Part shown: positions 56,250 through 64,000 of the stretch, piece by piece | How positions within the stretch are numbered: position 1 is the first letter of the stretch | Layout: every line of letters begins with the position of its first letter | Assembly (NCBI GenBank): GCA_965261395.1 | Contig: OZ253462.1 | Location: 6,048,001-6,112,000 of the forward strand | Direction of reading: 5' to 3' | Length of the DNA stretch: 64,000 nt | Source of the DNA: Candidatus Latescibacterota bacterium | GTDB lineage: Bacteria > Latescibacterota > UBA2968 > UBA8231 | Made by a program: the position numbers and the translations under genes | The notes under the pieces: generated by a model | The model's database searches: none | What the model saw: the letters and a program-made list of their open reading frames with translations, nothing else | Told to the model about the DNA's origin: nothing

Positions 56250-57938
56250 CTAATTGTCGGCCTGAAATTTCCCGTCTTTGATCATGTTGGGAATATTGGC
56301 GGGGAAAGTTTCCACGTCGTATTTCTCCCGCAAAGCGCTCACGAACTCCACATAGCCGTGCTTGGCCTTATTGATCCTGACATAGGCGGTGGCGCGTTTT
56401 TTCGAGGCGGCATTAAAAGGTTTGGGCTTGGCCGCTTCCCGGTCGACTATTTTAAATACAGAATACCCTTCCGCAACCTTGATGGGTCCGCCGACTTGGC
56501 CTATTTCCATATCCTGGGACAGATCGTATATATGGGGGTAGTGAAGTCGCTTGTAGGCGTCGAGGCGCACAAATCCCCTTTTTTCTCCATGGACCCCGCG
56601 AGTGTCGTATTTTGCGATCAATTGTTCTGCATCGGCTCCCTCTTGCAATTGCTCTTTTACGCGCTGAGCTTCCTCTTCGTTGGACAAAAGAACCTCTGCG
56701 GCTATAATGGCTTCGAGATAGCGAAATTTTTCGGGGTTTTTGTCGTAGAAGGCGCGGGCTTCTGCTGCTGCAACCCTGATATAGGCGTCGACATTGATCT
56801 TGCGCAGCAGACTCACGAGTAGATTTTCGCGCTCGTTTTCCACGCTGGCTACCAAGGTAGAATCCCGATCTAAGCTTAGGGCGTAGGATGCTTTGAGTAG
56901 CATCTGGGCAGTGAGCAGGCTGCGGACCTTGGCCGCTACCAACGCAGTATCGGCGAGTTGGTGCTGGGTCCCCGGACCGGCTTTGTGGAACACGACGGAA
57001 AGAAATTCGCCAATGGTCAGATCGCCGTCGCGGTAGGAACCCAATCGCCTAGTGGCCTCCGCCTCGGACACATTGATTTGGCCGCCGGCTGACCGCTCGG
57101 CCAAAAATGCCACCCCATCGGCATCTACTAGCGGCTCGTACACGCCCGCCAGCGAATCGGTCAACGCCGCTCTGCGGGCAATTCGTTTGGAGCCGAAAAT
57201 TTTCTCCTCGAGGACCTCTTGCACCTCGTTTAAGGCAATGGGCATCTCGTCTAGCACTTTGAATACGGCGTAGTGCTTTTTTCCTTTATAGGCGAAGGGC
57301 CGCGGCTCCGATAGGTCACCCACCTGCAGGGTCAATAATTCCCGCAGGGATTCATCGGCTGTGTCTCTGGACAAATAGCGTCCCGTGTCTCCACCCCAGG
57401 CTTTGGTTATCGCATCGACAGAATAGGCGTCGACGAGCTGGCGGAACGCCTTGCCGCTGTTGAGCTCGGCTACTAGTTCGTCGGCTTTCTCCCGCGTCTC
57501 GACCACTATGGCTGCAAGGCGCAGCGCTCTGTCCCAAGCCTCGTCCCGGTACAGTTCGATCAGTTCCTCTTGTGAAATCGAAATCTGCTGATCCACTTTG
57601 AGATGGTTGTACAACTTCATCATTTCCCGATCTCTGAAGGCGGATAAATCGAGGACCAAGCCCGGATCGCTCTGCAATCGCTGTGCCTCTGCTTCGGCTA
57701 GCAGCACTTTTTTGTCGATCAGCGCATTCAAGACCATGACATTGGCCGCACTGTCGCTCTTACCTTCGTGGATGCCGTCCGGCAGGCGGGCGGCGAACGC
57801 TTGCAGTTCGACCGTGGTGATTTCTTGCCCAGCTATCCTTGCGACCACATGGCTCTGGGGCTGTGAGCCGCACCCGATCTGCAAAGTTAGGACAAAGCAG
57901 ACGGACAAAATGGTCCATGCAGTATCGCACTTGGCCAT
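56250..57938 (-). CDS. PrsA/SurA-like peptidyl-prolyl isomerase lipoprotein with two PpiC domains
   Basis: Lipobox QIGC, VVARIAGQEIT, FRQLVDAYSVD..GGDTG, GQVGGPIKVAEGYSVFKI, LREKY. Confidence 0.85.
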   Translation of the reverse strand: MAKCDTAWTILSVCFVLTLQIGCGSQPQSHVVARIAGQEITTVELQAFAARLPDGIHEGKSDSAANVMVLNALIDKKVLLAEAEAQRLQSDPGLVLDLSAFRDREMMKLYNHLKVDQQISISQEELIELYRDEAWDRALRLAAIVVETREKADELVAELNSGKAFRQLVDAYSVDAITKAWGGDTGRYLSRDTADESLRELLTLQVGDLSEPRPFAYKGKKHYAVFKVLDEMPIALNEVQEVLEEKIFGSKRIARRAALTDSLAGVYEPLVDADGVAFLAERSAGGQINVSEAEATRRLGSYRDGDLTIGEFLSVVFHKAGPGTQHQLADTALVAAKVRSLLTAQMLLKASYALSLDRDSTLVASVENERENLLVSLLRKINVDAYIRVAAAEARAFYDKNPEKFRYLEAIIAAEVLLSNEEEAQRVKEQLQEGADAEQLIAKYDTRGVHGEKRGFVRLDAYKRLHYPHIYDLSQDMEIGQVGGPIKVAEGYSVFKIVDREAAKPKPFNAASKKRATAYVRINKAKHGYVEFVSALREKYDVETFPANIPNMIKDGKFQADN

Positions 57939-57996
57939 TCGAGCAAAAACGGGGAAATACATTAATAGCACCTTTTTTTAGCGCTCCATCCGCTGC

Positions 57997-58761
57997 TCAC
58001 GGCACGGCTAGGTCGCGGTCTTCGAGATCGGTGACAAAGCCGTGTCCCGTCGAATGGGTTATCATGAATGGAATGGCGGAAGCCTGCGCCACCGTCTGCG
58101 GCGTAACACTACAGGCCCAAAATAGCGCTACATCGCCGGCGGGAATGCCGTTGGGGGGCGCGGGGCCAATGGTTTGCGAAAGGTCGGTGATGCCTATGGC
58201 TGCTGGATCGCCAATGTGTATCGGGGCCCCGTGCGTGGCCTGGAATCGCGAAGTCACCTGCACGGCGCGCGCCACCTTTGCCGCCGGCAAGGTTTGCATG
58301 GTCACTACCATCGGCCCGGCAAAGCGCCCCGCCGGTTTGCACATGATATTGGTTTTATATAACACGACGCCAACCGAACTGACGCACCCGGCGTCTGCTA
58401 GAGCTTGCAAAAAAGTCAGGCTCGACCCTAAAAAAAAGGCGACGAAATCATCCTGCCACAACGGCGCAATATCGGTCACTTCTTCCACCAACTCACCGCC
58501 GCGCCAGACCGAGTATAGCCCGACCGCATGGCGAATATCCGCGCCCGGTGCCAGTGTTTTCGGCGTCGGACAACCCGGGTCCGTCACTTCGAGTAGCGGA
58601 CACGGCTGCGGGTTGCGCTGGCAGAAGACGAGAAAATCATAAGCCTCGGCTTGGCGGAGAATGACCAGGCCGGTCTGCACATAACGCCCCGCCCTGCCAA
58701 CGGTCGTCCCTCGCCACTCGCCGGTGCTAATCTGGCGACGAATTGTTTTAGCATCCGGCAT
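57997..58761 (-). CDS. DUF1445 / D-glutamate cyclase family putative hydro-lyase
   Basis: DFLVFCQRNPQPCPLL, HGAPIHIGDP, FWACSVTPQ, ITHSTGH. Confidence 0.88.
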   Translation of the reverse strand: MPDAKTIRRQISTGEWRGTTVGRAGRYVQTGLVILRQAEAYDFLVFCQRNPQPCPLLEVTDPGCPTPKTLAPGADIRHAVGLYSVWRGGELVEEVTDIAPLWQDDFVAFFLGSSLTFLQALADAGCVSSVGVVLYKTNIMCKPAGRFAGPMVVTMQTLPAAKVARAVQVTSRFQATHGAPIHIGDPAAIGITDLSQTIGPAPPNGIPAGDVALFWACSVTPQTVAQASAIPFMITHSTGHGFVTDLEDRDLAVP

Positions 58762-58854
58762 TGTTGAACCTGCTGTCCATTCGGGTGGCAGTACTAGTGC
58801 CTATGGGCATAAGTGATTTCCTAGTTTGCGGGGAAGGATTTCTGTCCAGAGGCG

Positions 58855-61635
58855 CTAGTAGGCGACCGCCACCGTGCGGGCGAGATCACGCGCGTCGAGG
58901 CCAGCCCCCTCCGTATTGGCATCGATCTTGAGCAGGACGACGTACACTCCGGGTGCCACGAGATTTCCAGCGTGGTCTCTGCCGTCCCATTCGAGCGCAT
59001 GGGCACCAGTGACCACCGGACGCCGCTCGGAAATGCTTCTCACCCGGCGACCGCCCAGATCGTGGATATGGATTTCGACGGCACTGTGCTGACGGATCAA
59101 CACGACGTCGAATATAAACCTCACCGCATCGTTTATATCGTCCCCATTGGGCGTGAATACCTGCGGCTCGATCGCTAAGTTGCGGAAAATTTCCTTGCGC
59201 CTCGGTACCGCGACCAGCGTTAGATCGTTGTCGGTGACTTGCGCGGCGGCGTCTCCTGCGTCCACGCGCTGCCACCAACCGTCGTCTCCCCGCCGCAGGG
59301 CTGCTCTCAGCGGTGCACTTACCGTGAAAAGAGACGTGGCGAAATCGAGGCGGAACAGTTCAATATCCGACTCCGACAGTACGGCCGGAAAAGTCAGATG
59401 CAGGCTATCCGAGCGATCGCTGCGGACATCGACATCTTCGATCTCCAGAGAGGCCAGATCGGCGGCCGGCGAAAAATCGCTGCCTTTGCCCCCGTATAGC
59501 CCTCGATAGGTCAGACGCATCTGGGGGGGGGCCGCGAGCAAGAGCTGATCGAATCCTCCGGCACTGACGGTATCCGGCCGGATGTACACCGAAAAAGGAC
59601 GCTGGACGCCGAGGCTGTCGACCTGTGTAGGGGTAACTTCGCCCAACAGGTTCCGAGCCACCGGCTCGGCAAAATTGAGCCGGATCTCTTTGAGGGTGGC
59701 GTGGACTTCTGGATCGTTGGATAACAACGTGGCTCGAATGCGTACAAATTGGCGCGGTGAGGGCGAGGTGATGGGGCTGCCAGCGGCGTTTGCGTACGGT
59801 GCACTAAAGGACTTTTCCCACTCCGGCCCATCGACCCAGATGCCTATTTTGTCGCCTTTGTCGCGCCGGTTTTTGCGATCGTAGTATTCTACAGCACCTC
59901 CTTGGTAGAGTCTTATATTGTCTCCGTGATAGTAGAGCGTATCCGAACTGAAGGTGTCTCCCGTCCGCGTCTGTAGCTCTACCTTGGTGCCGGGAGGCGT
60001 ATCGGCATCCCATTCGATAGACAGCAAATTTTTGCTGTTTCCCAGAGGTATGCGCTCCGACGTCAGCTCGACTTGGGGCTGAAAGCCAGCGCCGAAAAGC
60101 TGGAACTCACTCAGTGAGGTCAGGATCCTCGCGGCGATGGGTTGGACATTCCACTGGATCTTGAAAAAACGGCCAACGACGGGATCGAAGTTATTGCCCT
60201 CCGTGATTTTGCCGATCAAACCGCCCAAGGTTTCGGTCTGTCTGCGATCTACGCTGATGGACCACTTGAGGCTGCCATCGGGCTCCCTGCTGCCATCCGA
60301 AACTTCTAGGGTATAGTTACCAAAAGTGTGGGCGTCGTTATCGGTGAATGTATAGGTCATCCTTTGCGCGTCTAGCCAGAAAAACGATCCCAGATCGAAA
60401 GTCACCGTGCCGATGGGACCCAAATTGAATTTGGGATCTCGGTAGAGGTCGAGAAAATGAGCGGAGTCCACATCGCCATCGAGGAGGATCGCTCCATTGC
60501 GGGGATCGGGCGAGCTTATGATCCCGCCCCGTCGCAATGTCCCGTGGAAGATATCATCCCCTTCGACCCAGACATTGAGCTCGGCTAAGCGCGGGCGCTC
60601 GCGGATATAATAGCGGATGTCGCCGCGCTTTTCCTCTGCGAGGCGGTCGAAATAGACTTGCCTCGACACCTGCAACTGGCCGCCGTCTGGCAGTTTTTTG
60701 TAATACTCAACCGCGCCCGTATCGGCCGGGGCGAGTTGCTCGAATTCCGCTTTCGCGATCTGGCGGCCTCGGTTCAGGTCGCTGCCTCTTATGACGACCT
60801 GGACAAAACGTCCGGCCAGCGTCGCCATGTCTGTGGTCGGACCAGACTCCTCCGCCAAATCCTCAAATTGGATCTGTTCCGCCAGAAACTCATCCTGCTC
60901 GCCGCCCAATTCTCTGCGACCCGTGATGCCGCGCAGATCCACCTCGATGCTGCGTTGGGTCTTATTGGGCTTGAGAGAGATCAGGACGGGAAAAAATTCG
61001 GGTGGGGCGTTTCCCGATTGGGCGGCAATGGGTTTGCGCCCGTCCGATACGAGGACATCGTACAACAGAAAGGGGTCGCCCAGATCTTCATCGACGAATT
61101 TCAGCTCGATTTTCTTGAGGAAAACCAGACGTCCCAGATCCACCGTAAACCACCAAAGGGCGCCGACATCCACACCGGCCGGATCCACACCCGCCGGCAG
61201 CGGCGCTGGTTCCCAAAAGGTAGTGGGGTCGCCGTCGAGGACATTGACTACTCCTGCGGGGTTGGAACCTGCTTCCACGACGGCATCTCGCAGAGAGATT
61301 TCAGCGACCTCCTTGCCCTGCAGGCGCTTGGGAATTTTGAACAGCGTGGGATCGCGTTGTGACGCTTCGAGCTGGAAACGCAGAAAATCGACAATGTCCT
61401 CAGTGGCGTCTGTATTGCGACTCCAGCGGCGTGGCCGTACTTCCCCACGGGGGGAAATCTCAAGAGTGCCTGCGGGAAAGTTCCAATCCTCCCAATGGCT
61501 CTGGGCGTTCACAACGATCTGGTTCGGTCGGGTGCGAAACTCGTTGGTGGTCTGGGCTCGGATTGAGGTCCATCCGCTGAGGAGCCAAAGAGCGCTCGCG
61601 CCGATTATAAAAATTATAGGCGAGATTTTAGGCAT
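58855..61635 (-). CDS. Secreted protein with discoidin-like regions and a C-terminal FlgD-Ig/CHU_C-like domain
   Basis: Signal peptide; LDGDPTTFW, FTVDLG; C-terminal PQVFTPNGDDIND..DLGGRRVR..WDGRD..VAPGVY..VAVAY. Confidence 0.78.
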   Translation of the reverse strand: MPKISPIIFIIGASALWLLSGWTSIRAQTTNEFRTRPNQIVVNAQSHWEDWNFPAGTLEISPRGEVRPRRWSRNTDATEDIVDFLRFQLEASQRDPTLFKIPKRLQGKEVAEISLRDAVVEAGSNPAGVVNVLDGDPTTFWEPAPLPAGVDPAGVDVGALWWFTVDLGRLVFLKKIELKFVDEDLGDPFLLYDVLVSDGRKPIAAQSGNAPPEFFPVLISLKPNKTQRSIEVDLRGITGRRELGGEQDEFLAEQIQFEDLAEESGPTTDMATLAGRFVQVVIRGSDLNRGRQIAKAEFEQLAPADTGAVEYYKKLPDGGQLQVSRQVYFDRLAEEKRGDIRYYIRERPRLAELNVWVEGDDIFHGTLRRGGIISSPDPRNGAILLDGDVDSAHFLDLYRDPKFNLGPIGTVTFDLGSFFWLDAQRMTYTFTDNDAHTFGNYTLEVSDGSREPDGSLKWSISVDRRQTETLGGLIGKITEGNNFDPVVGRFFKIQWNVQPIAARILTSLSEFQLFGAGFQPQVELTSERIPLGNSKNLLSIEWDADTPPGTKVELQTRTGDTFSSDTLYYHGDNIRLYQGGAVEYYDRKNRRDKGDKIGIWVDGPEWEKSFSAPYANAAGSPITSPSPRQFVRIRATLLSNDPEVHATLKEIRLNFAEPVARNLLGEVTPTQVDSLGVQRPFSVYIRPDTVSAGGFDQLLLAAPPQMRLTYRGLYGGKGSDFSPAADLASLEIEDVDVRSDRSDSLHLTFPAVLSESDIELFRLDFATSLFTVSAPLRAALRRGDDGWWQRVDAGDAAAQVTDNDLTLVAVPRRKEIFRNLAIEPQVFTPNGDDINDAVRFIFDVVLIRQHSAVEIHIHDLGGRRVRSISERRPVVTGAHALEWDGRDHAGNLVAPGVYVVLLKIDANTEGAGLDARDLARTVAVAY

Positions 61636-61665
61636 GGCAAGCACTCCCGGCGCCAACCCGCACAG

Positions 61666-63672
61666 CTAATACGCCACTGCTACGGAGCGAAACGCCGTGT
61701 CCGTATCGCGATCCGCGTCGACAGCCAGACGGAGGATATAGAGGCCCGGCGGCAGCACCTGCCCATCGCCATCGGTGCCGGGCCACGAGAAATGAATCCG
61801 GCCGCTGGTTATCTGGGTTTGCTGCAACACCCCGATGCGCGCTCCCGCCAGCCCGTAGAGTTCGAGCCGGGCGATGCCAGCGCCGGCACTATCGACATTG
61901 ATGAGGTCGTACTCGATCAGCAACTCGTCATTGGCCAGATCTCCATTTGGCGTTACCACCCGAGAAGACAGCTCGAAGCGCCCTATGGACTGCTTGCCCG
62001 TTTGTTGCAGAGCCACACTGAGCCTGTTGTTATCCACCAGATCGTCGGCATTGCCCGGCGTCACTGGTTGGCGCACTTCGTAGGGCCGTTCGCTGTCCCA
62101 GACCGCACCGGGAAATACCGTGCCAAAACGGAACACCTCTGCCTCGAAAACGACTTCGATCAACTCCCCCGAACGGTCGTCGCCGATGCGGGGAATCCGC
62201 ACTTCCAGACCGGTGGCGTCCACTCGCAGGACCGCCCACTCCACTTCGGCACCGCTAATGGACACGGATTCGATCCGCGGCTCGATGGGCGTGCGGATTT
62301 CAATAGTGTCGAAACCCGACTCCCCCAGTTGGATCTGGGGCAATATCTTGTAAATAAACCGCGTCGGCTCGCCAGCGCCGACGACAGCGGGTGCTATTTC
62401 GGCCACGACTCCTGCTGCCATGGGCGGTTGCGTAACGGCGAATTGGAGATAGTCGAGCCGGCTGTTTTCCTCTCCTAACAGCGAGTGGAAGTCGGCCTTG
62501 AACTGGAGGAACTGACGGGATTTGAGACGGCTGATCTCGGCACGGCCATCCCCATAAGAAAAAAAAGGTGGCCACAGTTCCCAATTCTGTTCGTCGGGGG
62601 TTATGCCCGCCTTCTCTCCCCCTTCCAACTTGGCGTAGGCGGTGCGACTGAGGGGTTGGCCATTGGCATCGAAACGAGACCTTTCATCCCCTCTGAAGGT
62701 AAAACGCCAGTACGTATTGGGATCGGACGTGTCGCCACCGCGGGCAGTCAGGTCGATGCGCCCTGTCGGTGATTGGTTGCCGGACCAAGTCAATTCTCCC
62801 AGCACGGCCGGGCCGCCCAAATCGATAATACTCGAAATGTAGCTGGCAAAGGGAGCCGACCCCGTGCCAAAAATCTGCAACTCGGCGATTTCCCATTTGC
62901 CCTGAGGAGCCTCGAATATGAGGATTTGCACGGGCTCGAGAGGCAATTGAAAGTCCAGGACCGCGTTCGTGTTCTCCAGGCGCTCGACAACGACATCCCA
63001 GTCGACGAAGGCTTTGCCGCGCCAGGTCAACTTGATCTCCCGCTCTCCGTCTTTGAGCGCATCCCCGTCGTTTGTGCCCAACCGGAAGGACCGCGGAAAA
63101 AAGGTATCGCCTCGTCTCGGAGTGCCAAAAAATCGAACCCGGTCGATGATAAACGCCCCGCCCAAATCGAATTTGAAATACCTGCATTGCGCAATGGGAT
63201 CGCCCCCGAGGGCATCCATGATGCCTCCTCTCCCCAGGGTGCCATTAGCACAGCGCAGACTGCCCCCCGTATCCCCTGAAAAGGCCGTAGTCTCGTCGTC
63301 GTCAAAGAGAAAATCTAGCTGCGCCTCGTCTTTCCAGCCGTAGCCGTCGTTGATCTTGATGGACCCCCCTCGCTCGCGGATCAACGGCGTGAGATTGATC
63401 TCTTTGTCCAGAGTCTGGGGCCGAATATGACCCGGTTCTAGGTCGAGCAGGTTGACGTTGCCAAAGTCGTCATCCTCGAAAGACATCCAAGACCGCTGCT
63501 CGAAGCGGAAAGATTCGGGTGGAACGCCGAAATCGGCCGCCTCGGGCGCGGGCAGATCTTCGCCGCCGATCCGGTAAACCGTCAATGCCCCGCTGTCTTG
63601 GTGCCCCCAAAGGGCGAGACAGAATCCAAAACACAGCAGAGACGCCAGGCGGCCTATTTGGACCAATGGCAT
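61666..63672 (-). CDS. Secreted protein with a C-terminal FlgD-Ig/CHU_C-like domain (paralog)
   Basis: Signal peptide; FDDDETT, FDLGG; C-terminal VTPNGDLAND..WPGTD..LPPGLY..VAVAY. Confidence 0.78.
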   Translation of the reverse strand: MPLVQIGRLASLLCFGFCLALWGHQDSGALTVYRIGGEDLPAPEAADFGVPPESFRFEQRSWMSFEDDDFGNVNLLDLEPGHIRPQTLDKEINLTPLIRERGGSIKINDGYGWKDEAQLDFLFDDDETTAFSGDTGGSLRCANGTLGRGGIMDALGGDPIAQCRYFKFDLGGAFIIDRVRFFGTPRRGDTFFPRSFRLGTNDGDALKDGEREIKLTWRGKAFVDWDVVVERLENTNAVLDFQLPLEPVQILIFEAPQGKWEIAELQIFGTGSAPFASYISSIIDLGGPAVLGELTWSGNQSPTGRIDLTARGGDTSDPNTYWRFTFRGDERSRFDANGQPLSRTAYAKLEGGEKAGITPDEQNWELWPPFFSYGDGRAEISRLKSRQFLQFKADFHSLLGEENSRLDYLQFAVTQPPMAAGVVAEIAPAVVGAGEPTRFIYKILPQIQLGESGFDTIEIRTPIEPRIESVSISGAEVEWAVLRVDATGLEVRIPRIGDDRSGELIEVVFEAEVFRFGTVFPGAVWDSERPYEVRQPVTPGNADDLVDNNRLSVALQQTGKQSIGRFELSSRVVTPNGDLANDELLIEYDLINVDSAGAGIARLELYGLAGARIGVLQQTQITSGRIHFSWPGTDGDGQVLPPGLYILRLAVDADRDTDTAFRSVAVAY

Positions 63673-63729
63673 TATTCGCTCCTCTTTTTCAGGGGTGCTA
63701 CACTTATAATATACTAAAGTACTGTCGAC

Positions 63730-64000
63730 TCAACTCAGACCCGCCAGGATGGAGACGAAGAACAGACCCGAGGCCTTCTGCTGGCGTTTGCCGCCGACCT
63801 TTTCTAGGGATCTCCGATCGTAGCGCATGCCCACCTCCGTGATCAATTTGTAGCCCAAATAGGTACTTGGATTCGTGAGTTGGAGCGCCAGCACCGTACC
63901 GCGAAAATCGCCGCTGAGCTGTCCGACTTGCAGATTTTCTTCCGAGTTTAGGACATTGTAGAAGAACCGCTGTTCCAAACCGCCTTCGATCCTGGTCGTG
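63730..64000 (-). CDS. C-terminal end of a large hypothetical protein with beta-strand character (5'-truncated by the window edge)
   Basis: Frame open to the window edge: TTRIEGGLEQRFF...LALQLTN...YLGYKLITEVGMRY...GLFFVSILAGLS*. Confidence 0.65.
   Translation of the reverse strand, partial: TTRIEGGLEQRFFYNVLNSEENLQVGQLSGDFRGTVLALQLTNPSTYLGYKLITEVGMRYDRRSLEKVGGKRQQKASGLFFVSILAGLS

Overview
A gene-dense chromosomal segment from a GC-rich (roughly 60-65% by eye) diderm bacterium. The gene repertoire resembles Latescibacterota/Poribacteria-like marine or sponge-associated lineages (inference): FlgD-Ig/CHU_C-type secreted proteins, PpiC lipoproteins, PhyH dioxygenases, CRTAC1/ASPIC-UnbV, an Oar-like TonB receptor and LamG. 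About 50 CDS are present. I found no rRNA, tRNA, CRISPR array, integrase or transposase. Recognisable genes are glgB, a DprE1/DprE2-like pair, nsrR, a CNT nucleoside transporter, dinJ-yafQ, msrP and a uxuA-like dehydratase. The most interesting items are: (i) a cluster of secreted FlgD-Ig proteins sharing a terminal VAVAY motif next to PpiC chaperone lipoproteins and a partial beta-barrel-like gene; (ii) a coupled DUF6785-like membrane protein and a catalytically degenerate M28/FtsX giant; (iii) a DegT, isochorismatase and twin-deacetylase operon; (iv) a lower-GC islet with SIR2, a toxin-antitoxin pair, NsrR and a cupin; (v) yafQ broken by a single in-frame amber codon; (vi) GTAG-type REP palindromes embedded in coding sequence; (vii) a CCWGG-depleted, CTAG-rich signature suggesting unrepaired 5mC deamination. 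All product calls come from motif recognition by eye, not database searches.
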